Positions 1 to 10,586 of a stretch of DNA of 64,000 bases are shown one piece after another. The notes under the pieces are model-generated. The model did no database searches. It had not been told where the DNA came from and worked only from the letters and a program-made list of their open reading frames with translations. Origin of the DNA: Escherichia coli (GTDB lineage: Bacteria; Pseudomonadota; Gammaproteobacteria; Enterobacterales; Enterobacteriaceae); the NCBI RefSeq assembly GCF_024223415.1, contig NZ_CP100500.1; one strand, 5' to 3'. Position numbers and translations under genes: made by a program. The first letter of the stretch is position 1. Each line of letters starts with the position of its first letter.

Positions 1-334
1 AGGTACCCGTATCTGGCTCGTTGCCGGCGTTACCGATATGCGTAAATCCTTCAACGGACTGGGAGAACAGGTACAACATGTGCTGAATGATAATCCCTTC
101 TCCGGTCACCTGTTTATCTTCCGTGGCCGACGGGGTGACACCGTCAAAATTCTTTGGGCTGATGCTGATGGTCTGTGCCTGTTCACCAAACGCCTGGAGG
201 AAGGCCAGTTTATCTGGCCTGCGGTACGTGACGGCAAGGTATCCATTACCCGCTCGCAACTGGCAATGCTCCTCGATAAGCTGGACTGGCGTCAGCCAAA
301 AACATCCAGCCGTAACTCACTGACAATGTTGTAA
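1..334 (+). CDS. tnpB: IS66-family transposase accessory protein TnpB, 5'-partial (window edge)
   Basis: Reading frame open from position 2; translation GTRIWLVAGVTDMRKSFNGL...FIFRGRRGDTVKILWAD matches the IS66 Orf2/TnpB family and is paralogous to ORFs at 6483 and 45637 in this window. Confidence 0.9.
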   Translation, partial: GTRIWLVAGVTDMRKSFNGLGEQVQHVLNDNPFSGHLFIFRGRRGDTVKILWADADGLCLFTKRLEEGQFIWPAVRDGKVSITRSQLAMLLDKLDWRQPKTSSRNSLTML

Positions 335-364
335 AAAACTCCTGACCGCATTATAAAAACGGTC

Positions 365-1978
365 ATGAGTCAGAAATATCTCATTCGCATCGCAGAGCTG
401 GAAAGATTGCTCTCTGAGCAGGCTGAAGCCCTCCGTCAGAAAGACCAGCAACTGAGTCTGGTTGAAGAGACGGAAGCCTTCCTGCGCTCTGCACTGACAC
501 GTGCCGAAGAAAAGATCGAAGAAGATGAACGGGAAATAGAACATCTGCGGGCTCAGATAGAAAAACTGCGCCGGATGCTGTTCGGTCCCCGTTCTGAAAA
601 ACTGCGTCGTGAAGTTGAACTGGCTGAGGCTCTGCTGAAACAACGTGAACAGGACAGCGATCGTTACAGTGGGCGGGAAGACGATCCTCAGGTTCCCCGC
701 CAGTTGCGACAGTCGCGCCATCGTCGTCCGTTACCGGCACACCTTCCCCGTGAAATACACCGCCTGGAGCCAGAAGAAAGCTGTTGCCCGGAGTGTGGCG
801 GTGAGCTGGATTATCTGGGGGAAGTCAGCGCTGAACAGCTGGAACTGGTGAGCAGTGCCCTGAAAGTGATCCGCACAGAACGGGTAAAAAAAGCCTGTAC
901 AAAATGTGACTGTATTGTTGAAGCACCGGCGTCGTCCCGCCCGATAGAGCGTGGTATCGCGGGCCCCGGATTACTTGCCCGCGTGTTAACGGGAAAATAC
1001 TGCGAACATCTGCCACTGTATCGTCAGAGTGAAATCTTTGCCCGCCAGGGTGTCGAACTGAGCCGGGCCTTACTCTCCAACTGGGTTGACGCGTGCTGCC
1101 AGTTAATGACACCGGTGAATGATGCCCTGTACCGTTATGTAATGAACACCCGCAAGGTTCACACTGATGACACACCGGTAAAGGTACTGGCACCGGGTCA
1201 GAAAAAGGCGAAAACAGGGCGTATCTGGACGTATGTCCGGGATGATCGCAATGTGGGTTCGTCATCTCCTCCAGCGGTCTGGTTCGCGTACTCGCCGAAC
1301 CGGCAGGGGAAACACCCGGAGCAACACCTCCGCCCCTTCCGGGGTATCCTGCAGGCGGATGCGTTCACAGGTTACGACAGGTTGTTCAGTGCAGAACGTG
1401 AAGGTGGTGCACTGACAGAAGTTGCGTGCTGGGCCCATGCCCGGCGAAAAATCCACGATGTATACATCAGCAGCAAAAGTGCGACGGCAGAAGAAGCCCT
1501 GAAGCGAATCAGTGAACTGTACGCCATCGAGGATGAAATACGGGGATTAGCGGAGTCAGAGCGTCTTGCCGTCAGGCAGCAGCGAAGCAAAGTGTTACTG
1601 ACGTCGCTGCATGAATGGATGGTGGAGAAGAATGGTACGCTGTCGAAAAAATCCAGACTGGGCGAAGCGTTCAGCTATGTACTGAATCAGTGGGATGCCC
1701 TCTGTTATTACAGTGATGACGGTCTGGCGGAGGCGGATAATAATGCTGCGGAAAGAGCGCTTCGTGCAGTCTGTCTCGGAAAGAAAAACTTTATGTTCTT
1801 TGGCAGCGATCACGGCGGCGAGCGTGGAGCACTGTTGTACGGGCTGATCGGCACCTGCCGTCTGAACGGTATCGATCCGGAAGCGTATCTGCGCCATATC
1901 CTGAGCGTACTGCCGGAATGGCCTTCCAACCGAGTTGATGAACTCCTGCCATGGAACGTAGTACTCACCAATAAATAA
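365..1978 (+). CDS. tnpC: IS66-family transposase TnpC
   Basis: 537 aa ORF with leucine-zipper-like N-terminus, CxxC...CxxC zinc-finger region and DDE region; paralogous to 6850..8454 and 44049..45587. Confidence 0.93.
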   Translation: MSQKYLIRIAELERLLSEQAEALRQKDQQLSLVEETEAFLRSALTRAEEKIEEDEREIEHLRAQIEKLRRMLFGPRSEKLRREVELAEALLKQREQDSDRYSGREDDPQVPRQLRQSRHRRPLPAHLPREIHRLEPEESCCPECGGELDYLGEVSAEQLELVSSALKVIRTERVKKACTKCDCIVEAPASSRPIERGIAGPGLLARVLTGKYCEHLPLYRQSEIFARQGVELSRALLSNWVDACCQLMTPVNDALYRYVMNTRKVHTDDTPVKVLAPGQKKAKTGRIWTYVRDDRNVGSSSPPAVWFAYSPNRQGKHPEQHLRPFRGILQADAFTGYDRLFSAEREGGALTEVACWAHARRKIHDVYISSKSATAEEALKRISELYAIEDEIRGLAESERLAVRQQRSKVLLTSLHEWMVEKNGTLSKKSRLGEAFSYVLNQWDALCYYSDDGLAEADNNAAERALRAVCLGKKNFMFFGSDHGGERGALLYGLIGTCRLNGIDPEAYLRHILSVLPEWPSNRVDELLPWNVVLTNK

Positions 1979-2084
1979 GCGTCAATACGGTGCTCCGTTG
2001 ACGCTTACCGTTTACCGGATAATGAGCGAAAATATCCTGTTGTTACATGACAAACCATCACGACCGCAGCGGGAACATAAAGGC

Positions 2085-2610
2085 CGAATATCGGTAAGGA
2101 AAGCGACCAGCGTTGATGTTCTGATGGCTTTGAGTTCGGTTGCGATGATGGCGAAAAAGTCCGGGTTACGTTCGCTCTGGACTGTTGCGATCGTGAAGCT
2201 ATCGACTGGGCATCCAATACGGGAGGTTACAATAAAGCGACAGTGCAGGATGTGATGTTAGGAGCGATAGAAAAACTCTTTGGCGATAAAGTACCGGAAC
2301 AGTCCATCCGGTGGTTGACAGATAACGGTTCAGCGTATAGAGCGCATGAAACACGGCAGTTCGCCAGAGAGTTGGATCTGGAGCCCTGCACAACGGCAAT
2401 CAGCAGCTCTCAGAGTAATGGAATGGCAGAAAGGTTAGTGAAAACGATGAAGGAAGACTACATTGCGTTCATACAGAAACCGAATGTAATAACGGCATTG
2501 CATAACCTTGCATAGGCGTTCGAGAATTACAATGAGAACCACCCGCATAGTGCGTTAGGTTATCTCTCACCACGGGAATATCGATGTCAGCGGATAACGT
2601 CACCTTAGAT
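2085..2610 (+). pseudogene. IS3-family (IS2-group) transposase OrfB C-terminal remnant
   Basis: Translation ...[24 protein letters not shown]...[25 protein letters not shown]...[12 protein letters not shown]... aligns with IS2 InsD (15776..16681) but has an internal stop and frame change and no N-terminal half. Confidence 0.7.
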
Positions 2611-2784
2611 GTAGCAGTTGCCAAACAGTGACTCAAGGGCAGGCTTACCGCATACACTGACACTTAGCGGATCGACAGAATATTATTAACAGTTCATCAC
2701 TGAACGCTACATAATCAGAGTTGCATAAATAAAATGTTATGTTATAACATTTTAATACCGACATATGTTTTCGGATGTATATGA

Positions 2785-4755
2785 ATGTATATGAATGTAA
2801 TCAGAACTGTCATTTGTACATTAATTATAGTCCCGGTGGGACTACAGGCAGCGACCAGTCATTCTTCTATGGCTAAAGATACAATCACCATTGTCGCGAC
2901 AGGAAATCAGAACACGGTATTTGAAACGCCGTCGATGGTCAGTGTCGTCACGAATGACACACCGTGGAGTCAGAATGCGGTTACATCGGCCGGCATGCTG
3001 AAAGGTGTTGCCGGTCTCAGCCAGACTGGTGCAGGACGGACCAATGGGCAGACCTTTAATCTACGCGGCTATGACAAAAGCGGGGTACTTGTTCTTGTTG
3101 ACGGCGTCCGCCAACTTAGTGACATGGCAAAAAGCAGTGGCACTTATCTGGATCCGGCTCTTGTCAAACGTATCGAAGTTGTCCGCGGGCCAAACTCCAG
3201 TCTGTACGGCAGTGGCGGGCTGGGAGGTGTAGTGGACTTCAGAACTGCCGATGCAGCAGATTTCCTTCCCCCCGGAGAGACAAACGGTTTAAGTCTGTGG
3301 GGAAATATTGCCAGTGGTGACCACAGCACAGGCTCGGGGCTCACCTGGTTCGGTAAAACCGGAAAAACAGATGCGCTCCTTTCTGTCATTATGCGTAAAA
3401 GAGGTAATATCTATCAAAGTGATGGTGAGCGCGCACCTAACAAGGAAAAACCTGCAGCCCTGTTTGCGAAAGGCTCTGTCGGTATAACAGACAGTAACAA
3501 AGCAGGTGCCAGCTTGCGTCTCTACCGGAATAACACCACTGAACCGGGCAATCCCACTCAGACACATGGTGACAGCGGCCTGCGTGACAGAAAAACAGTA
3601 CAAAATGACGTACAGTTCTGGTACCAGTACGCTCCTGTGGATAACAGCCTCATCAATGTACAGTCAACGTTATATCTCAGTGATATCACTATCAAGACAA
3701 ACGGTCACAACAAAACGGCAGAATGGAGAAACAACAGAACCTCCGGTGTTAATGTTGTCAACAGGAGTCATACTCTGATTTTTCCGGGAGCCCATCAGTT
3801 AAGTTATGGCGCTGAATATTACCGTCAGCAGCAGAAGCCAGAAGGCTCTGCCACACTATATCCGGAAGGAAATATTGACTTTACATCGTTGTATTTCCAG
3901 GATGAAATGACAATGAAAAGCTACCCTGTTAACATTATCGTCGGTTCCCGCTATGACCGGTACAAGAGCTTCAATCCCCGTGCCGGAGAACTGAAAGCCG
4001 AACGCCTGTCCCCAAGGGCGGCGATTTCAGTCTCACCGACAGACTGGCTGATGATGTACGGCTCCATATCCTCTGCATTCCGAGCGCCCACAATGGCAGA
4101 AATGTACAGGGATGATGTACATTTTTACCGCAAGGGTAAACCCAATTACTGGGTTCCTAACCTTAATCTGAAACCAGAAAATAACATCACCCGTGAGATT
4201 GGCGCAGGTATTCAACTGGATGGCCTGCTTACAGACAATGACCGGCTGCAGTTAAAAGGCGGATATTTCGGAACGGATGCCAGAAACTATATTGCCACAC
4301 GCGTGGATATGAAACGGATGCGTTCTTATTCTTATAATGTATCCCGGGCCCGTATCTGGGGATGGGATATGCAGGGAAATTACCAGTCTGATTATGTTGA
4401 CTGGGTGCTTTCTTATAACCGGACGGAAAGTATGGATGCCAGCAGCAGGGAATGGCTGGGCTCCGGCAATCCTGACACACTTATCAGTGACATCAGCATA
4501 CCTGTTGGTCATAGAGGCGTTTATGCCGGATGGCGTGCTGAACTTTCAGCATCAGCCACGCATGTGAAAAAAGGCGACTCCTATCAGGCTGGCTATGCCA
4601 TACATTCCTTTTCACTGTCTTATAAGCCTGTAAGTGTTAAAGGCTTTGAGGCGTCAGTAACTCTGGATAATGCCTTCAACAAGCTTGCCATGAATGGCAA
4701 AGGTGTGCCGCTTTCAGGCCGAACTGTCAGTCTTTATACCCGTTATCAGTGGTAA
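2785..4755 (+). CDS. TonB-dependent outer-membrane receptor, heme/hemoglobin type
   Basis: 656 aa; signal peptide, plug-domain motifs, FRAP motif (SAFRAPTMAEMY) and NPNL-like box (VPNLNLKPE), C-terminal aromatic residue (YQW). Confidence 0.85.
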   Translation: MYMNVIRTVICTLIIVPVGLQAATSHSSMAKDTITIVATGNQNTVFETPSMVSVVTNDTPWSQNAVTSAGMLKGVAGLSQTGAGRTNGQTFNLRGYDKSGVLVLVDGVRQLSDMAKSSGTYLDPALVKRIEVVRGPNSSLYGSGGLGGVVDFRTADAADFLPPGETNGLSLWGNIASGDHSTGSGLTWFGKTGKTDALLSVIMRKRGNIYQSDGERAPNKEKPAALFAKGSVGITDSNKAGASLRLYRNNTTEPGNPTQTHGDSGLRDRKTVQNDVQFWYQYAPVDNSLINVQSTLYLSDITIKTNGHNKTAEWRNNRTSGVNVVNRSHTLIFPGAHQLSYGAEYYRQQQKPEGSATLYPEGNIDFTSLYFQDEMTMKSYPVNIIVGSRYDRYKSFNPRAGELKAERLSPRAAISVSPTDWLMMYGSISSAFRAPTMAEMYRDDVHFYRKGKPNYWVPNLNLKPENNITREIGAGIQLDGLLTDNDRLQLKGGYFGTDARNYIATRVDMKRMRSYSYNVSRARIWGWDMQGNYQSDYVDWVLSYNRTESMDASSREWLGSGNPDTLISDISIPVGHRGVYAGWRAELSASATHVKKGDSYQAGYAIHSFSLSYKPVSVKGFEASVTLDNAFNKLAMNGKGVPLSGRTVSLYTRYQW

Positions 4756-4773
4756 CCTCTCAGGAAATAAATC

Positions 4774-5565
4774 ATGATGAAAAATACAGGCTATATCTTA
4801 GCTCTTTGTCTGACAGCATCGGGGCATGTCCTGGCCCATGATGTCTGGATTACCGGCAAACAGGCAGAGAACAACGTTATCGCAGAGATTGGTTATGGTC
4901 ATAATTTCCCCTCAAAGGGCACGATTCCTGACAGAAGGGATTTCTTTGAAACTCCCCGGCTTTATAACGGGAAAGAGACAATAACGCTGAAGCCAACATC
5001 CACGGATTATGTCTATAAAATTGAGACTGCAGGCAACGGTAATAGCTACGTTCTGTCAACGAAAATGAAACCGGGATACTGGTCGAGAACCTCGTCAGGA
5101 TGGAAGCCTGTCAGCCGGGAGGGCAGAAATGATGTGGCATACTGTGAGTTTGTGACTAAATATGCAAAATCTTTTATTCCTGGTGAACAGCAGATGCCAG
5201 CACAACTCTATCAGTATCCAATAGGGGATGAGCTTGAAATCATTCCGTTATCCGATATCAGTCGTTTCGGTGAAGATGTGAAGCTGAAAGTTCTGTATAA
5301 AACTTCCCCGCTTGCCGGAGCCACTCTGGAGCTTGACTCTGTCAGTTATCTGAAATCATCCCGCCATACTCATGCGGCAGAGCATAAACATTCGGCTCAT
5401 AAAGCAGAACTTACCTTTGTAAGTAATGAGGACGGTATCATCACTGTACCCTCCCTTCATGTCGGGCAATGGCTAGCTAAAGTCAAAAATAAGAAAGTAT
5501 TTCAGGACAAAAACCTGTGTGATGAAACTGTCGATGTGGCAACCTTAAGCTTCTCCCGAAATTAA
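4774..5565 (+). CDS. Secreted periplasmic protein, DUF4198-like, receptor-associated
   Basis: 263 aa with signal peptide; mature N-terminus AHDVWITG; immediately downstream of the receptor in the same orientation (19-bp gap); family assignment from memory only. Confidence 0.6.
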   Translation: MMKNTGYILALCLTASGHVLAHDVWITGKQAENNVIAEIGYGHNFPSKGTIPDRRDFFETPRLYNGKETITLKPTSTDYVYKIETAGNGNSYVLSTKMKPGYWSRTSSGWKPVSREGRNDVAYCEFVTKYAKSFIPGEQQMPAQLYQYPIGDELEIIPLSDISRFGEDVKLKVLYKTSPLAGATLELDSVSYLKSSRHTHAAEHKHSAHKAELTFVSNEDGIITVPSLHVGQWLAKVKNKKVFQDKNLCDETVDVATLSFSRN

Positions 5566-5575
5566 TAATACTATT

Positions 5576-5600
5576 CCTGCCCTGTAATTTACGGGCAGGG
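5576..5600 (+). terminator. Stem-loop downstream of the receptor operon
   Basis: Inverted repeat CCTGCCC...GGGCAGG 10 bp after the stop at 5565. Confidence 0.4.
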
Positions 5601-5811
5601 TATATCAACCGGAAATAGCCTACTGACATCCATGTATAAAGCCACATAATTATTTTGTTGATGTATCTTACCTAATACGTAAGCGTAAAGCCAATGCCGT
5701 CTGTAACTCCTGATCCTTGCAGACTAAATGTAAGCGCCCTATCAGCGACGTCTTGTGAAAATTGTCCTGTCTGGCAACAATTGCGCCCATCTATATTGAT
5801 GGACACGAACG

Positions 5812-6486
5812 ATGAATTCCCAGACAACAAAAGATATTCTCTGCTTCCGTTCTTATTTGCCTGATGCCCTACGTTTAAGATTTGAAGATAAACTGACTAT
5901 CCGAGCCATCGCTCAGCGTCTAGGTCTCAGTCATTCCACAATACATACGCTTTTTCAGCGATTTCTTGCATCCGGTATCGCATGGCCATTGCCCGATTCA
6001 GTTTCATTCGCTCAACTTGACGCCATCCTTTATGCCAACAGAAAGAAGGAATTAACAGAGCCTCAAATCAGAGAAGGCTCATGGCGAAAAGAACGGCGAA
6101 CCAGCTATAGCCGTGAATTTAAGGTCCGTCTGGCTAAGCAGGCATTACAGCCTGGTGCTGTTGTTGCCCGGATCGCCAGAGAACACGATATCAATGATAA
6201 GCTGCTGTTTAAATGGAAAAGCCAGTACGAGGACGGCTTACTGAGCGATGATGACATACAGGAATGCATGCCTGTCCCGGTGGCACTGACTGATAAGCCA
6301 GAGCCGACCAGACCAGTTACAAATCCCTTCTGGCGTAACAAGCCTGATGAGCGCCCTGAGGGGGATCCCGGAAACGTCCCACGGTGCGAGCTGCATCTTA
6401 AATCAGGTGTGGTAAAACTGTTTGACCCTCTCACTCCGGAACTGTTACGGGCGCTAATCCGCGAAATGAAAGGGGGTACCCGATGA
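5812..6486 (+). CDS. IS66-family accessory protein, TnpA-like with N-terminal extension
   Basis: 224 aa; central region ...YSREFKVRLAKQALQPGAVVARIAREHDINDKLLFKWKSQY... resembles IS66 Orf1 HTH; overlaps tnpB start. Confidence 0.7.
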   Translation: MNSQTTKDILCFRSYLPDALRLRFEDKLTIRAIAQRLGLSHSTIHTLFQRFLASGIAWPLPDSVSFAQLDAILYANRKKELTEPQIREGSWRKERRTSYSREFKVRLAKQALQPGAVVARIAREHDINDKLLFKWKSQYEDGLLSDDDIQECMPVPVALTDKPEPTRPVTNPFWRNKPDERPEGDPGNVPRCELHLKSGVVKLFDPLTPELLRALIREMKGGTR

Positions 6487-6830
6487 TAACGCTGCCGACC
6501 GGTACCAAAATCTGGATCATCGCTGGCATCACAGATATGCGTTGTGGCTTCAATGGCCTGGCTTCGAAGGTGCAGAACACGCTGAAAGATGACCCGTTCT
6601 CCGGGCATATCTTCGTCTTCCGGGGCCGCAGTGGCAAAATGGTGAAAATACTGTGGGCCGATCGTGATGGGTTATGCCTGTTCGCCAAACGCCTGGAACG
6701 GGGCCGCTTCATCTGGCCGGTGACCCGGGAAGGGAAAGTGCACCTGACGCCAGCTCAGTTATCCATGCTACTGGAGGGGATCGCGTGGCAACATCCCAAA
6801 CGGACAGAACGGCCTGGCATCCGGATATAA
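6483..6830 (+). CDS. tnpB: IS66-family TnpB
   Basis: 115 aa MITLPTGTKIWIIAGITDMRCGFNGL...; paralogous to the other TnpB copies. Confidence 0.9.
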   Translation: MITLPTGTKIWIIAGITDMRCGFNGLASKVQNTLKDDPFSGHIFVFRGRSGKMVKILWADRDGLCLFAKRLERGRFIWPVTREGKVHLTPAQLSMLLEGIAWQHPKRTERPGIRI

Positions 6831-6849
6831 CCCGTGATAAAACAAGGGA

Positions 6850-8454
6850 ATGAACAATGAACTCCCCGACGATATTGAGCTGCTTAAAGCCATGTTGCGT
6901 AAGCAACAGAGTCGGCTTCGCCAGTATACCTGTCAGGTCGCGGGCTATGAGCAGGAAATTGAACGGCTGAAAGCGCAACTCGACAGGTTGCGTCGTATGT
7001 TGTTCGGCCAGAGTTCAGAGAAAAAGCGTCATAAGCTTGAAAATCAGATCCGACAGGCAGAAAAACGACTGTCGGAACTGGAAAACCGGCTGAACACAGC
7101 CAGAAATCTTCTGGAAGATGCATCGTCAGTCACAGATTCACCTGACACCAGTCCCCCGTCAGAAAACCCGATCGCCAGTAAGCCTGAATCCCTGGGACGA
7201 AAATCTTCACGAAAACCGCTGCCGGCAGAACTTCCCCGGGAGACACATCGCCTTCTGCCTGCTGAAACCAGTTGCCCGGCCTGTGGAGGTGTTCTGAAAG
7301 AAATGGGGGAAACAATCTCAGAGCAACTGGATATCATTAATACCGCCTTTAAAGTTATTGAAACCATACGTCCCAAACGGGCCTGTAGCCGGTGCGACCA
7401 TATTGTGCAGGCGCCGGTTCCTTCAAAACCCATTGCACGCAGTTATGCCGGAGCGGGGCTTCTGGCTCATATCGTCACCGGGAAGTATGCAGACTATCTG
7501 CCGTTATACCGCCAGTCAGAAATATACCGTCGTCAGGGCGTGGAACTGAGCCGCGCCACGCTGGGGCGCTGGACCGGTGCCGTTGCTGAACTGCCGGAGC
7601 CGCTGTATGACGTGCTGCGCCAGTATGTGCTGATGCCCGGTAAAGTCCATGCGGATGATATCCCCGTTCCGGTCCAGGAGCCGGGCAGCGGTAAAACCCG
7701 GACAGCCCGGCTGTGGGTCTACGTCCGTGATGACCGCAATGCCGGTTCGGAAATGCCCCTGGCGGTCTGGTTCGCGTACAGTCCGGACCGGAAAGGCATA
7801 CATCCCTAGACTCATCTGGCCGGTTACAGCGGAGTGCTTCAGGCCGATGCTTACGGTGGCTACCGGGCGTTATACGAATCCGGCAGAATAACGGAAGCCG
7901 CGTGTATGGCTCATGCCCGGAGAAAAATCCACGATGTGCATGCAAGAGTGCCAACCGACATCACCACGGAAGCCCTGCGGCGTATCGGTGAACTGTATGT
8001 CATCGAGGCAGAAGTCCGGGGATGTTCAGCAGAACAGCGTCTGGCGGTAAGAAAAGCCAGAGCTGCGCCACTGATGCAGTCACTGTATGACTGGATACAG
8101 ACTCAGATGAAAACACTGTCGCGTCACTCGGATACGGCAAAAGCGTTCGCATACCTGCTGAAACAGTGGGATGGCCTGAACGTGTACTGCAGTAATGGCT
8201 GGGTGGAAATCGACAACAACATCGCAGAGAACGCCTTACGGGGAGTGGCCGTAGGCCGGAAAAACTGGCTCTTCGCGGGTTCCGACAGCGGTGGCGAACA
8301 TGCGGCGGTGTTGTACTCGCTGATCGGCACATGCCGTCTGAACAATGTGGAACCAGAAAAATGGCTGCGTTACGTCATTGAGCATATCCAGGACTGGCCG
8401 GCAAACCGGGTACGCGATCTGTTGCCCTGGAAAGTGGATCTGACCTCTCAGTAA
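6850..8454 (+). pseudogene. tnpC: IS66-family transposase TnpC interrupted by an in-frame TAG at 7807..7809
   Basis: ORFs 6850..7809 and 7834..8454 are in the same frame; the paralog at 44049..45587 reads ...[10 protein letters not shown]... where this copy reads ...KGIHP*THLA..., consistent with CAG to TAG. Confidence 0.85.
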
Positions 8455-8491
8455 ATATCAATACGGTTCTGGCGAGCCGCTTACGAACAAT

Positions 8492-10205
8492 GTGAATTAT
8501 GTTAATTATGTTTTCAGGCAGATGCTTCTCTGTCTGTTATTGTTCTGGCTGCCTGTATCCTGGGCTACCGAAAGTGGCTGGTTGCGTTCTCCTGAGAATG
8601 AGCATGCCAGTATACGGATACGTGCTGATTCCGTGGTCTCCGGGGAAACACGTGTTTTGCTGGACGTTAAACTGGATAACGGCTGGAAAACTTACTGGCG
8701 CTCACCCGGATAAGGGGGGATTGCACCGTCAGTCGACTGGAAAAGTGAAACACCGGAAGTGGAGTGGTACTGGCCTGGCCTTCACGTTTTGACGTGGCCG
8801 GCATTACCACTACGGGATATCACAACACAGTCACGTTTCCCGTGGTGTTACGTGGTATATCACCTGAGAGGATCACTGGCGTACTGACCCTGCCTGTCTG
8901 CAGCAATGTCTGTCTGCTGACCGATTACCCTTTCACTGTGAATGTTTCCACACAGGATACAACATTTGCACATGATTACGCACAGGCCATGGGGAAAATT
9001 CCGCTTTCCCATGGGGTAGCGGATTCCTTAAACGCGGTTTACCGACCTGGTGGACTGCTCATTACCGCAATACGGGCAGACGGCTGGTCATCTCCGGATA
9101 TTTATCTGGATTCTGTTGATTATGCAAGCTTCGGTAAGCCGCAGATGCAGATTGACGGCAAGAATCTGCTCGCATCTGTGCCGGTCACGGACAACTGGGG
9201 AGAGGGGGCGCCGGACCTGACTGGCCAACAAGTCACACTGGTTATTGAAAGCGGCGGCCTCGCTCAGGAAAGTACGCTTACGGTTGCGGCAGGTGCAACC
9301 AAAATAGCAGAGAATGTCTTACCTCTTTGGCAGGTCACTCTGATGGCATTAGCTGGTGGACTCATTCTTAACCTGATGCCCTGTGTATTACCGGTTCTGG
9401 GGATGAAGCTGGGCTCAGTTTTACTGGTGGAAGAGAAAAACCGTCAGCAGATTCGATGTCAGTTTCTGATGTCTGTAGCCGGGATCCTTACTTCCTTTAT
9501 GGCTCTGGCTACGTTAATGACCCTTCTGCGGCTGACAAACCGGGCTCTGGGGTGGGGGATCCAGTATCAGAGTCCCTGGTTTATTGTTCTGATGACGCTG
9601 GTTATGCTGATTTTTAGTGCCAGTCTGTTTGGCCTGTTTGAGTTCCGCCTGCCTTCCGGCCTCATGACTCGTCTGGCGACATTTGGTGGTAATGGAATGT
9701 CCGGACATTTCTGGCAGGGCGCTTTTGCGACTCTTCTGGCGACACCGTGTAGCGCCCCCTTCCTCGGTACGGCAGTGGCAGTGGCGCTGACGGCATCACT
9801 ACCCACTCTGTGGGGGATTTTCTTTGCACTGGGCGTGGGAATGAGTCTTCCGTGGCTGTTGGTGGCGTTGCGACCCGGGCTTGCGTTGTGTTTGCCCCAT
9901 CCGGGAGGATGGATGAATATTTTGCGTCGGGTGCTTGGCCTGATGATGCTGGGTTCTGCCTTCTGGCTGACAACACTGTTACTGCCACACTTGGGAGTAT
10001 CCTCACACAGTACAACGAAAGAACAGGTTGTCTGGCAGCCTCTCAGTGAACAGGCGATTAAGGAGGCGCTGGCTCAGCATAAGCGGGTATTTATCGATGT
10101 GACTGCAGACTGGTGTGTTACCTGTAAATTCAATAAATACAATGTGCTGCAAAAAGACAATGTGCAGAAGTCGCTGCAGGAGGCGGATGTTGTTGCACTG
10201 CGTGG
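8492..10205 (+). pseudogene. scsB: DsbD-family thiol:disulfide interchange protein (ScsB-like), decayed and 3'-truncated
   Basis: N-terminal ORF stops at TAA 8711..8713, frame resumes in 8764..; central transmembrane core and C-terminal thioredoxin motif WCVTCK present; reading frame runs into IS629 at 10206. Confidence 0.7.
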
Positions 10206-10259
10206 TGAACCGCCCCGGGAATCCTGGAGACTAAACTCCCTGAGAAAGAGGTAAACAGA

Positions 10260-10586
10260 ATGACTAAAAATACTCGTTTTTCCCCCGAAGTCCGTCAGAG
10301 GGCGATTCGTATGGTTCTGGAAAGTCAGGGCGAATATGACTCACAGTGGGCGGCAATTTGTTCCATTGCCCCAAAGATTGGCTGTACACCGGAGACTCTG
10401 CGTGTCTGGGTACGCCAGCATGAGCGGGATACCGGAGGCGGTGATGGCGGGCTCACCACCGCTGAACGTCAGCGTCTGAAAGAGCTGGAACGTGAAAATC
10501 GTGAACTGCGCCGCAGTAACGATATCCTTCGCCAGGCTTCCGCTTATTTTGCGAAGGCGGAGTTCGACCGCCTCTGGAAAAAGTGA
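10260..10586 (+). CDS. IS629 OrfA
   Basis: [59 protein letters not shown]... Confidence 0.9.
   Translation: MTKNTRFSPEVRQRAIRMVLESQGEYDSQWAAICSIAPKIGCTPETLRVWVRQHERDTGGGDGGLTTAERQRLKELERENRELRRSNDILRQASAYFAKAEFDRLWKK

Larger units (their letters stand above)
1..2008 (+). mobile_element. IS66-family insertion sequence, left end outside window
   Basis: tnpB and tnpC followed by a terminal sequence whose reverse complement begins GTAAGCG, ending at about 2008. Confidence 0.8.
5679..8484 (+). mobile_element. IS66-family insertion sequence with three ORFs; TnpC disrupted by a nonsense codon
   Basis: Starts GTAAGCG at 5679 and ends ...CGCTTAC at 8484; no matching 8-bp target duplication (CCTAATAC versus GAACAATG). 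Confidence 0.8.

Noticed and set aside
2779-2805. Tandem duplication TGTATATGAA x2 at the receptor start
   Set aside because: Too short to interpret; creates alternative in-frame ATG starts but has no clear functional meaning
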